This document shows, piece by piece, positions 1 to 9,689 of a stretch of DNA of 64,000 nt. The notes beneath the pieces were generated by a model that worked only from the letters and a program-made list of their open reading frames with translations, was not told where the DNA came from and made no database searches. The stretch is from a virus (Duplodnaviria; Caudoviricetes). Made by a program: the position numbers and the translations under genes. The stretch's first letter is position 1. Each line of letters starts with the position of its first letter. The stretch lies in IMG/VR virus record IMGVR_UViG_3300031555_004524, positions 32,001 through 96,000 of that record. The stretch is one strand, 5' to 3'.

Positions 1-143
1 TCATCTGTTTGATCATCTGTTCCTGCGGATGCAGTTGCAGGGGTTATATCTTCTTCTCCAGTACTGTCGAAAGTATCAGCTTCTTCTCCATTTCCAACGT
101 TAAATTCATTAATAGGTTTAAATAAATTATCGAACATTCCCAT
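1..143 (-). CDS. Partial acidic virion/head protein (N-terminus only; runs off the window)
   Basis: ATG at 143 just after the stop of the 866-aa gene; reads MGMFDNLFKPINEFNVGNGEEADTFDSTGEEDITPATASAGTDDQTD, open to the edge. Confidence 0.6.
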   Translation of the reverse strand, partial: MGMFDNLFKPINEFNVGNGEEADTFDSTGEEDITPATASAGTDDQTD

Positions 144-145
144 TC

Positions 146-2746
146 TTAGTCATCTCTCCTTCCTGCAGAAGATGATGGAATATTTCTTCCATGCACTTTC
201 ATACCATATTTTATACGCTGTCTTTCACGTTCTAATTTTTTCTGATATTGTAATAATAAGCGATATTGTTTAATATCTCCATCATTATCAGCTAACTGAA
301 TCTGCTTATCAATAACCTTTAATTCAGTTTCAATTTCATCAAAAATTAACTGTCTCTCTCTAGCATTTAATGCTTTGGAACTTCCGTATATTCCTAAAGC
401 TGTAATTAGTCCTAATATAGGATTTACAAATGCAGCCCCACCAATAACCATAGCAGTTTTAATGCATTTAGAAAAAGATGGGATAATAGATCCTTTAATG
501 ATAGCTTCTCTTCTATTAGAAGTCATAGATTTCTCAATAGCTTTCATAAATCCACTCATATGAGCATCTATAGTCTGCCACATAGATTTTTCTTTCATAG
601 ATAAATCCTTTACAGTTTTCTTGAAATTCTGAACTACTAATTTAAGATTATTTAAATTAAATTCTTCATGAATAATCTGATCTACAGCTTCAATAGCATA
701 AAATTGAGTAATCAATTCAAGATCTCTTAAATCATTTATATGCCAGCATTGTATATCGTCCATAGATTTAACAGTACTTTCTGCATATGAGCAATAATTC
801 ATACTCATGACCGTAGTAACATTCTTTTCTAATTTATCGTAGAAGTATTCTTCTGAGCATAATCCCATTTCTTTTACCACATATAACAATTCTCTGCATG
901 CATCTGTAGTAAAGTTATCTTTATTTTCATTAATGAATTTTGCTGCTTCTTCGATAATATTAGATTCATATTTTTCCATGACATAAGATATTAAATTTGC
1001 TCGATTAAAAAGATTAGATGATTCTAAATCGAAATCGATATCATCTCCCCATAAATCATCATCTTCTCCACCTGCAATACTATCATCTGTTAAACTATCA
1101 TGATATGATTCTACTTTATCTACACATTTTTCAAGACATTTCTTATAACGTTTGAGATCCTCTTTATCTCCTTTACCCTTATCAATATCTTTATCAACTT
1201 TTTCCATTTCATTTCTTAAAGCTTTTGCTAATTTGGCTGATTCTTTTACATTGATATGAGATTGAATAAGATGATCAACAAATGATGTTACAATTGCCAA
1301 TACAGGTCCAATTACAGGAACTGCAAAAGTTCCTAAAATAAATACAGCTCTAATAGTTCCTAAAATATTAGGAGTATCATCTATAATATTTTCAGGAGAT
1401 TTTCTATATATTCTAGATAAAGCACGTTTAAACCTTCCAGTAGATTTATTCTGATCTTGCTTAAATTCATCTAAAATATTTTTAATATCATTAGAATCTG
1501 CAAAGTTTTCTGATTCTAATAAGCTGAATTCTTTTTCAGCATAAGTTTCCGAAAATTTATCATTATCAAGTGGTACAAATCGTTCAATAATAATTGCTGT
1601 TTCTAGTAAGTCATATTCATCATCAAATGCATCTTGCATAACTTTGATGAATTCTTCATCTTCAATTTTCTTTTTATATTTACTTCTGGTATCTGCTACT
1701 TTCAATTCAGATGTAACAAATGCTTTAGATACATTCCCTAATAATGGAATCATCATAATAGAAGTCATTAATTGTTTTCTATCATTATTAGAAATTGAAA
1801 GTCCATCTACAACATTCACTACTTTATTAATATAAGCAGATGCTTGTTTTTCGTTCTTTATTTTTAGTACAGAGTGTAATAATTTCGCACAGTTTTTATC
1901 ATCACATTTTTCTTCAAGCTTAAGAATCTTGTATTTATAATCTTGATGCTCTTCTGATAAAATATCAAGTGCAATTTTCGGAAGTTCATTTTTAACTTCC
2001 GATACAATTAAATTATTTTCTAAAACTTTTCGCAATCCTCTATACTCTTTATCAGTAATTACTGGAGAAGATACAAAATAACTTGTTACTTCTTCAATAA
2101 TTTCTGGAATTGAGAATGATCTTTTATTTTTACTAAAAGAATATGCGATATTTTCAAGAGCAATATTATATTTAGCTTCTTTTGATAATTGATATGTATC
2201 AATCCATTCACATAATTCTCTTATAATGTCGCTATTATTTGCATATGGGGTAGATTGAATTCTTTTATCAAAATCAAATCTTTTTGCTAATGATTTATCA
2301 TTCTTCATAATTCTATCCACTACTTGCATTTCTTTGATAGCAGTATTAAGTTTAGCGGTAGAAGCTTCACATAAACCTTCTATATTGTACTCATTTGCTA
2401 TCAATTCCAATTTTTCTACAGTAAGTTTAGGTATTACTGTATCGATAATTCGATTAATAATTTTAACCTGTTCATTCTCAGGCATTGCTTTGGCTATTTC
2501 TAAAGTTTCTATACAATATGCAGTAGCATTTGCAGTTGAACTTCCAACAACTTTGACAAATTCATTTACTGCACTAGGAGACATTAAATTTTTTACATAA
2601 CGATATGATGTGATAGGGATACTCACTTCCGATTTATTTACACTTTCATTCAATAAAAATAAGCATCTCTTATTTATTAAACTCATCATATGAGAGTGTT
2701 TGTTTGGCATATCATAATATCCTCCTTTTACATTATTAATTATCAT
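146..2746 (-). CDS. Large putative virion internal/head protein
   Basis: 866 aa; AGGAGG before the MPNKH start; late promoter upstream; many xxE-S/T/A candidate protease sites; hydrophobic hairpins (FAVPVIGPVLAIV, AAFVNPILGLITALG); next to prohead protease. Confidence 0.5.
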   Translation of the reverse strand: MIINNVKGGYYDMPNKHSHMMSLINKRCLFLLNESVNKSEVSIPITSYRYVKNLMSPSAVNEFVKVVGSSTANATAYCIETLEIAKAMPENEQVKIINRIIDTVIPKLTVEKLELIANEYNIEGLCEASTAKLNTAIKEMQVVDRIMKNDKSLAKRFDFDKRIQSTPYANNSDIIRELCEWIDTYQLSKEAKYNIALENIAYSFSKNKRSFSIPEIIEEVTSYFVSSPVITDKEYRGLRKVLENNLIVSEVKNELPKIALDILSEEHQDYKYKILKLEEKCDDKNCAKLLHSVLKIKNEKQASAYINKVVNVVDGLSISNNDRKQLMTSIMMIPLLGNVSKAFVTSELKVADTRSKYKKKIEDEEFIKVMQDAFDDEYDLLETAIIIERFVPLDNDKFSETYAEKEFSLLESENFADSNDIKNILDEFKQDQNKSTGRFKRALSRIYRKSPENIIDDTPNILGTIRAVFILGTFAVPVIGPVLAIVTSFVDHLIQSHINVKESAKLAKALRNEMEKVDKDIDKGKGDKEDLKRYKKCLEKCVDKVESYHDSLTDDSIAGGEDDDLWGDDIDFDLESSNLFNRANLISYVMEKYESNIIEEAAKFINENKDNFTTDACRELLYVVKEMGLCSEEYFYDKLEKNVTTVMSMNYCSYAESTVKSMDDIQCWHINDLRDLELITQFYAIEAVDQIIHEEFNLNNLKLVVQNFKKTVKDLSMKEKSMWQTIDAHMSGFMKAIEKSMTSNRREAIIKGSIIPSFSKCIKTAMVIGGAAFVNPILGLITALGIYGSSKALNARERQLIFDEIETELKVIDKQIQLADNDGDIKQYRLLLQYQKKLERERQRIKYGMKVHGRNIPSSSAGRRDD

Positions 2747-2927
2747 TCATATAATTTATAAAATATTTACATGATGATTTCCAAGGGCACGCATCTCCAG
2801 TACACACATATGTTACATCTGAATCTTTATCTTTATAACATGATGGTTTTTCATTATCAGGTGATGCAAATGCTAAAAATAAAATAATTATTAATACTAT
2901 AAGTATACAATTATATATGATAATCAT
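2736..2927 (-). CDS. Small membrane-anchored Cys-rich protein
   Basis: N-terminal hydrophobic helix followed by 4 Cys; AGGGG SD. Confidence 0.45.
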   Translation of the reverse strand: MIIIYNCILIVLIIILFLAFASPDNEKPSCYKDKDSDVTYVCTGDACPWKSSCKYFINYMNDN

Positions 2928-3045
2928 CCCCTTTATTAAATTTACTATATTGTTAAAGTGGTACCTTTTTAGGGGTAATCGGTATATTTACCATGGAAGA
3001 ACATCATAGGTAAATTAAGATGACACAAAATAAGGAGGATATTTA

Positions 3046-3891
3046 TTGATGAATAGATTAGATAATATCGGTTATGTAGTTATTGAAACTACTCCTATAG
3101 ATCCTACTACTGTAGCTCCAATACAGATTACTAAAAAAATAGATGGAGATAGAGTATTAGCACAGGGGATTTTGCAAGAAGCAAACATGAAAAATAGAAA
3201 TGGGCGTTTCTATGATTCTAGAGATTTATTCCCAGAATTAACTTCACCTAGAACAATTGAGTTATTAAATTCTGGAAATATGAAAGCTGAAAATGGGCAT
3301 CCTATTTCAAAAGATTTAGCTAGACAGCAGACAATAGATCCAAATAATACGGTTGCTGTATTCCAGAAATTCTGGACAGATGGTGATTTTGTAATGGGAA
3401 CTTTCATGGGAGATGAAAATGAATTAGGAGCATCATTTGACAGAGAATTAAGAAAAGGAAGAAAACCATCTTGGTCTCTTAGAGCATTAGGTAATATTAA
3501 AAATACTTCTAGAGGCGCTGAAGTTAAGAATATTAGAATAATCACATATGATAGAGTAATTTATCCTAGTCACGATAAAGCTTATACATTAGGGTTAGTA
3601 TCAGAAGGTGCTAGCATTATTACTCCAGATGGATCAAAATTATTTTTAGATGAAAGAGATAGAGGCATGCAGATTCCAATTGTAAATGAATCTGTAATAA
3701 AATATATTCAGTCAGAGTCTGCAAATTATAAGTTATTTAAAGAATTCTTTGATCTTAATTATAATGAAGCTACTTTAATCAATAATGGGAAACAGGTTCA
3801 GCTTACAGATAAAGCTGGTGGTATTTTCATCATGAATCTTGAAGCTTATATTCATGATGAAATTATGAATGCATGTATTAATAGACTCTAA
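3046..3891 (+). CDS. Prohead core protease (T4 gp21-like)
   Basis: Motifs GILQEANMKNRNGRFY, ENGHP (His), SWSLRALG (Ser), TYDRVIYPSH. Confidence 0.85.
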   Translation: MMNRLDNIGYVVIETTPIDPTTVAPIQITKKIDGDRVLAQGILQEANMKNRNGRFYDSRDLFPELTSPRTIELLNSGNMKAENGHPISKDLARQQTIDPNNTVAVFQKFWTDGDFVMGTFMGDENELGASFDRELRKGRKPSWSLRALGNIKNTSRGAEVKNIRIITYDRVIYPSHDKAYTLGLVSEGASIITPDGSKLFLDERDRGMQIPIVNESVIKYIQSESANYKLFKEFFDLNYNEATLINNGKQVQLTDKAGGIFIMNLEAYIHDEIMNACINRL

Positions 3892-3912
3892 AAAGAAAGG
3901 AGGTTCTATTTT

Positions 3913-4689
3913 ATGGCATTTGCTAATAAAATGACTAATCTTTTACAAAAAATTGAAAATAGATTAGGGACAAAAGTGCTTAATCTTCCTGACGAAATAT
4001 GTAAAACTAAATGGGCAGATGAAGTAATCATTCCAGATACATTAGTTACATTTTCCAGATATGTACCTAGAAAATATAATTATATGGTAGATCCAAAAAC
4101 TCACCCAAAGAAAAATGGTTATTATATTTTAGATGAAGATAGTATTGAAAAAGGTGTAGAAATTTTAGGATTAAAAGATTTGAACTGGAGAGACTTTACA
4201 CAAGATTCATTAACTTATCAAGAAAATATGGGTCTAGGCGTATACGATTATCTTCAAGGAAGCTTTTCTATACAGGATATACCAATGATTCAAATGAGAG
4301 CAGATCAGATGTCATTATTTAATAATGGTATTTATCCAGTATTTGAACCTCCTAATAAAGTTAGACTTGAGACCGCTACAAGTAAAGATGTGTCTACTGG
4401 ATTGGGTAGATTTCATTTGGAATTATTTATTACACATAGAGCAGATCTTACAACTATAATGCCTACTCAAATGCAGATATTTGAAGCATTAGCTCAAGCT
4501 GATGTGGCATTATATTTATACAGATATTTAATTCATTTTGAAGGGTTAAATACTGTATATGCAGAAATTGATTTAAAATTATCAGAATTGGAAAACGAAG
4601 CTTCTAAGAGAGAAGAAATTCTAAATAAATTAGAAGAAGGTTATGTATCTGCAGCTAACCAGAATCAGCCAGTTATGATAACAGTATAA
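3913..4689 (+). CDS. Putative neck/head-completion protein
   Basis: 258 aa with strong SD, downstream of the protease; function inferred from context. Confidence 0.4.
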   Translation: MAFANKMTNLLQKIENRLGTKVLNLPDEICKTKWADEVIIPDTLVTFSRYVPRKYNYMVDPKTHPKKNGYYILDEDSIEKGVEILGLKDLNWRDFTQDSLTYQENMGLGVYDYLQGSFSIQDIPMIQMRADQMSLFNNGIYPVFEPPNKVRLETATSKDVSTGLGRFHLELFITHRADLTTIMPTQMQIFEALAQADVALYLYRYLIHFEGLNTVYAEIDLKLSELENEASKREEILNKLEEGYVSAANQNQPVMITV

Positions 4690-4696
4690 AAAATAA

Positions 4697-4724
4697 ACAG
4701 GTATACCGATAAAGGTATACCTGT
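4697..4724. terminator. Bidirectional intrinsic terminator
   Basis: ACAGGTATACC-N6-GGTATACCTGT hairpin between convergent genes. Confidence 0.75.
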
Positions 4725-4735
4725 CATTATTTGTT

Positions 4736-5161
4736 TTATCCAAAAGCTATAGACTTCTTCATATAACTATTTACCAACAATTCTCCAGCATGTAATTTAT
4801 TTATCTCATTCTCATGATATGACTTCTGTTTGGTAATAATAGTCTTAACTTTTTCTAATTCAGAATGATATCTATCTAGGATGATTATATCATCTATATC
4901 AGTTAAATAATTTTTAGGAAGATATATATCTTGTGTAATAATTTGACCATATAATTTACACGAAGTGTGTATCCTAAAAATTCCAGCATCAGATGCTGGA
5001 CTTATATCATTCTCATCGTATACCTCTGCATAGCAAGAATATACATTAGCTACTGGACAATGCTGTCCAATCTCTCCAACAACAATATCAAGAAAATAAT
5101 TTGCTTTATTTACTGCTCGTATAATTCTATTGATATTAGATAAACTGTATAGATTGTTCAT
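4736..5161 (-). CDS. Hypothetical protein
   Basis: 141-aa ORF in a tightly packed minus-strand run. Confidence 0.6.
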   Translation of the reverse strand: MNNLYSLSNINRIIRAVNKANYFLDIVVGEIGQHCPVANVYSCYAEVYDENDISPASDAGIFRIHTSCKLYGQIITQDIYLPKNYLTDIDDIIILDRYHSELEKVKTIITKQKSYHENEINKLHAGELLVNSYMKKSIAFG

Positions 5162-5166
5162 ATATT

Positions 5167-5649
5167 TTAAATCCCCGCTTTCATTTTTTCTAATTCAGCT
5201 TTCACTTTTTTCATTTCATAAATTCTATTCATCAAAGCAATGCTCTCATCAGTTATAGCTTTTTCCAAATCATTTATTTCTTGAAGTGAAAAATATGTTA
5301 CATTAGCATTTGAATCAGTATAGTTATTATATATAGAAAATGGAATAGCCACTTTATCTCTTCTTTTAACTATACAATTTACAGTACCTACTTTAGATAA
5401 TAATACTGATACATAAATATATTCATTTTCCCTATCCACTTCTACCGAATCCAATGAAAATATAGGTTCAATATTGTAACCATATTCAATAGCTCCTTCT
5501 GGTAATATAGATTCAACCTTTTTTCTAGTTAAAACTATAAGTCTATTTGCTTCGTTTTTATCTTCAAGTATTTTATTAATCCTATTGATCATTTCTTTTT
5601 CTTCCATGATTTTTCTCCCCTTAATATAAAAATTATTCAACTTCAACAC
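5167..5649 (-). CDS. Hypothetical protein (likely start MEEKE near 5607)
   Basis: GGGGAG SD before the internal ATG; coiled-coil C-terminus. Confidence 0.6.
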   Translation of the reverse strand: MLKLNNFYIKGRKIMEEKEMINRINKILEDKNEANRLIVLTRKKVESILPEGAIEYGYNIEPIFSLDSVEVDRENEYIYVSVLLSKVGTVNCIVKRRDKVAIPFSIYNNYTDSNANVTYFSLQEINDLEKAITDESIALMNRIYEMKKVKAELEKMKAGI

Positions 5650-6793
5650 ATTTAATATCTAAGATTTTTGCCAATTCTATAACTTCGTCACTATCAATAT
5701 GCATTAATCTTAATCTATCCAATGGTATTTGAGATTCATTGCAACTTTTTACTAATTCTAACAAGTTACAGTGCGGGTATTTATCACCTTCGCTATTTTC
5801 TTCTCTAACTGCAGAGTCGTAATAATAATAATCGCATAATTTATCCAATATTTTAATATTATATAATGGTGTCATTGTATCGGAACTATAATAAATAGTT
5901 TTGGATTTATTTCCAGCGAATATATTTATTATTAATCCATATGATAAATACTTACCTTCGCTAATATTATAAGTAGTATACCCCTCTTCTTCGTCAATCA
6001 AAACATTTACATCTATTCCGCAGGACTGTGTGATTGTATGGTCCTCTTCAATGAATGATATTGTTGCTCCTTCATCTATGCAAGTTTCGCGACAATATAC
6101 AGAATATGCATTGGTAGGTACACCAGATAATGATAAATATGCAATAATTTGCCATAATCTAGGGTGTATAATAGTAATATTTTTATTCAACACATATTTG
6201 CAGTAGAAAATAAGACTAGGTAAACTACCTATATGATCACTGTGTAGATGGGTTATAATTATATTAAAAGCTTTATGCTTCTTTATAACATTTATGCCTC
6301 TATCTTTCAATTCCATTATCTTTTGAAATACTGTTTCTCCGCAATCTATAAGATATACTGCTGTTGAAGTTTCAAAATATGCAGAAGTATTGCCTTCTTT
6401 CACATTAAAACATGAACCTCTTCCTAAGAATTTTAATGGCTCACCATCTTCTTTTTCACTATATATTACAATTTTAGTAATATTATTTTTATTTAATTTA
6501 CAACTATCCTCTCCAGGAATCCATTTTGGTGAGCGTGTTAAATCTAGTTCTATAGTAGTATCATCTTCGTTCATAATAACACCACTTCTTTTAAATTCAG
6601 CTGGATGTGGTTCTATAGAATATGATGTGTTACCTGAATCATTAGAATGCACACAATCAGACATTGAATAGTAGTGTATTTCTACTAGTTTATTTTTATA
6701 AATATCCTTAAGATTTTTAAGGTTATAAGTTTTTGATGTTAACTTCATATGACATCCTCCATAATTTAAAATAATTGTGAAGTGATATATCAC
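5633..6793 (-). CDS. Metallo-beta-lactamase-fold phosphodiesterase (RNase Z/Apyc1-like) with extra N-terminal domain; likely start 6748
   Basis: GRGSCF, LIDCG, THLHSDH (HxHxDH), YYSSDT, LMH motifs. Confidence 0.8.
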   Translation of the reverse strand: MIYHFTIILNYGGCHMKLTSKTYNLKNLKDIYKNKLVEIHYYSMSDCVHSNDSGNTSYSIEPHPAEFKRSGVIMNEDDTTIELDLTRSPKWIPGEDSCKLNKNNITKIVIYSEKEDGEPLKFLGRGSCFNVKEGNTSAYFETSTAVYLIDCGETVFQKIMELKDRGINVIKKHKAFNIIITHLHSDHIGSLPSLIFYCKYVLNKNITIIHPRLWQIIAYLSLSGVPTNAYSVYCRETCIDEGATISFIEEDHTITQSCGIDVNVLIDEEEGYTTYNISEGKYLSYGLIINIFAGNKSKTIYYSSDTMTPLYNIKILDKLCDYYYYDSAVREENSEGDKYPHCNLLELVKSCNESQIPLDRLRLMHIDSDEVIELAKILDIKCVEVE

Positions 6794-7051
6794 TTCACAT
6801 ATAGTTTATTCTTTTAAGCATCTTAACTTATCTCATATAGTATAAATCATTTCACCCATATAACTATATTATTATTGTAAATTCAGTTTTCTCCCTTAAT
6901 ATAAATTAAGTAATGTAATTCTTTCTGTATTATTAATATATTTTCTGGTATAAATCTTTTTCATCATATAACGTTATCGTGTCACGTAAATCAGAAATTA
7001 ATAGATATTGATTATCTATTTAAATTATATTAGTATAGGTATATCATAAGA

Positions 7052-7432
7052 TTAAACTTTCTCTATATCTATTCCAATACAATTATTTAACTCAGTTAAT
7101 GTTTTCCAGTCAACGTATAATGTAGTATCATCTTTTATACTTAAAGCTCGTAATGGAATGCCATATCTTCCATTTTCTCCTACAAGAATAAGTATTGGAT
7201 CTTTGCACTCAGTGTGAATATTTTCACACACGAATACATCGCACTCTCCAGTATTGTCTTCTAAATAAACAATACCGCCATCAGTATGTAATATATATAC
7301 ATCGCATAATGTATATACTACATGCTGAATTGCTAATCTCACGCCTCCCTCTAGATCAGCAAATTTTTCTCTTGGAAGAAATTCTCCATTTTGTAAGCGA
7401 AAACCTACAAATTTTACATCTTCTTTCTTCAT
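7052..7432 (-). CDS. Hypothetical protein
   Basis: 126 aa with AGGAG SD. Confidence 0.6.
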   Translation of the reverse strand: MKKEDVKFVGFRLQNGEFLPREKFADLEGGVRLAIQHVVYTLCDVYILHTDGGIVYLEDNTGECDVFVCENIHTECKDPILILVGENGRYGIPLRALSIKDDTTLYVDWKTLTELNNCIGIDIEKV

Positions 7433-7458
7433 GTTTTTCTCTCCTTTGTGTTTTAATT

Positions 7459-7785
7459 TTATATATACTTAGGGCATATAATTATAGCCGTAGTATCTGG
7501 TAAAGATGAAATTAATTTTTCAACTTCAATACCTTTTTCTCTAGAGTATGCTATTGCTTCGTCAATGTAACTCCCATACATCTCATATGCCATATAATGA
7601 CATATTATAAGAACTCCAGTGTTTATCGATAATCTAAAAGGCATACCATAACCGTCATATAAGTATGCATGACGATTTTCGTCTGCTTCTAGTACTTTGT
7701 TTTTATGATATACCCCCTCAATACTTTTTACTAAATAATCTAAAGTTATTTGAGTACTAGGTGGTATAGGTTTATTAATTCCCAT
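7459..7785 (-). CDS. Hypothetical protein
   Basis: 108 aa with GGAGG SD, overlapping the upstream gene. Confidence 0.6.
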   Translation of the reverse strand: MGINKPIPPSTQITLDYLVKSIEGVYHKNKVLEADENRHAYLYDGYGMPFRLSINTGVLIICHYMAYEMYGSYIDEAIAYSREKGIEVEKLISSLPDTTAIIICPKYI

Positions 7786-8281
7786 TAGAAACCTCCATAT
7801 GATTTTCTATATAAAAAGCCTCATCCAGTTCAAAATAATCACATTTAAAACTTAACGATCCAAATATCTTACCAGTCCATATTTTTTCAATATCTGATAG
7901 TATATTTTTAAATGTAGCCATATCTACCGCATATTTGCAATTTTTTGATTTTGTGCAGTATAAACATTCCTCTTTCCAGTAAATATACGGATTAGATTTT
8001 AATATAGGAGCATTGTCTTTTATACTATATTCTATACCAGATTCACCACAATGTTTTAAATTACCAATTCTCAGTTCATCAGATGGAATTACTATAATAT
8101 CATTAACATTTTCCGCCACTCTAATAGTAATTGCTATTTTTTCACAAAATCTAGAATAGTATTCTAATTTAGCATCATTAACAAGTCTCTCTAAATCTTT
8201 ATTGCAGTATACTGTAATATCTTTTGTTCCTTTTTTAGATTTTTTATAGTATAAGTTAATAAGTGTCTCTTCGGTATACAT
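7775..8281 (-). CDS. Hypothetical protein with Cys cluster (CLYC-x5-C)
   Basis: 168 aa with AGGAG SD. Confidence 0.6.
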   Translation of the reverse strand: MYTEETLINLYYKKSKKGTKDITVYCNKDLERLVNDAKLEYYSRFCEKIAITIRVAENVNDIIVIPSDELRIGNLKHCGESGIEYSIKDNAPILKSNPYIYWKEECLYCTKSKNCKYAVDMATFKNILSDIEKIWTGKIFGSLSFKCDYFELDEAFYIENHMEVSNGN

Positions 8282-8302
8282 TTTAATTCAAATTCTCCTT
8301 TT

Positions 8303-9052
8303 CTACATATTATCTAGTTGCTCAAAACTAGATTTTGGTCTAGGTAGTTCTCTAGACGATTTAATTTCTATATTAGGTTCTGGAGTGTCATCTATAACAA
8401 CTTTTTGAAAAGTAGGTTTTTCAAAATCTGTTAAACTTGTCCCATAACCTGGATTTCCCAAATAGTTTATCATAATTTGTGCAGACTGAAATAAATTTAA
8501 CTGAGATATTGTATAATATAATCCATAAAACCTATCTATGGATATATCACAAAATATATTGGGATCAGTTAATGTTATTCTAACACCCTGCTGTTGAATT
8601 TTAGTTATTTCATCTTCCAATACAATAAATTCAAAGGCAATATATTTACCTCCAACCAAACCATCTAATATTATAGGTTTAGGTTTTTTAATAATCTTTA
8701 AATCACCTTTTTTAGAAATTGTATATATTCCAGAGTTAAATATATTTGCTACTTCTTGTAATTTCATTTTAAGCAGCATCATATCCTGTATACGTATCAT
8801 TACAGATACATTGAAATCATCTACCTTATCAAATGATAAATGGTAATCAAATGATCTCTTTATATTAATGACTTTATCATAATCTTTATATTTGGAATCA
8901 TATCTATATTCTCTATGATAATGAGAGCGATTTCCTTCCACATCTTTCTTAGATAAAAGTACATTTAATCTAACTATAACTCTATTTCCAAGATGATATA
9001 AATCATCTGATATTTTATCATAATCTATTTGGTGTATTAATTTAACGCCCAT
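8303..9052 (-). CDS. Hypothetical early protein
   Basis: 249 aa; AGGAGG SD; TATATTAT motif at 9096-9103. Confidence 0.65.
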   Translation of the reverse strand: MGVKLIHQIDYDKISDDLYHLGNRVIVRLNVLLSKKDVEGNRSHYHREYRYDSKYKDYDKVINIKRSFDYHLSFDKVDDFNVSVMIRIQDMMLLKMKLQEVANIFNSGIYTISKKGDLKIIKKPKPIILDGLVGGKYIAFEFIVLEDEITKIQQQGVRITLTDPNIFCDISIDRFYGLYYTISQLNLFQSAQIMINYLGNPGYGTSLTDFEKPTFQKVVIDDTPEPNIEIKSSRELPRPKSSFEQLDNM

Positions 9053-9689
9053 AGTGTTGTTAATACACCTCCTTCTGTATATTATATTCAGTATTATAAT
9101 ATATCATTAATATTTCTTAATGATACAAATTCTTATTAGAAGGTTAAAAAATACGTAAAAAGCTAAAAAAATAAATTTTGGGATAATAGGAGGTACACTT
9201 GAGAAGTATACCTCCAATTCCACAATACACATATACATACTGAAGAAGAATTATAGAAATATTTCTATATTTCTATTTCACTATAATAATATATAATTGA
9301 AATATATACAAAATGCAACTAAATAAGAGGATAGTGTTTTATCACTATCCTCTTATAAATCACTTGACTACTATAATAAAATTTTCTCCCAATAATTCTT
9401 TTTTCATTGTTAATAGTATTTGTATGTTTAAATAATTCTCTGTACATAACTTGTTTGTCTTCTATTATAATTCTTTTAATTCCAATAATATCAATAACTT
9501 CTGATAAATCATTCTTCTGCAATAATAATTCTCCAGTAGTAATTCTCTTTTTTGATATAATCAATTTTTATTTCTGTAAATCAATTGACCAGGATAACTT
9601 TATTTATATTCCTATAGTTCACTTGGATATATTAACTAATCTGGATATTTAATTCTTTTATTACCACTAACTATATTCCATGCACTAAA

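Noticed and set aside
9319-9652. Two opposing 81-aa ORFs
   Set aside because: No convincing SD or motif; the minus-strand one may be a remnant but is unsupported.
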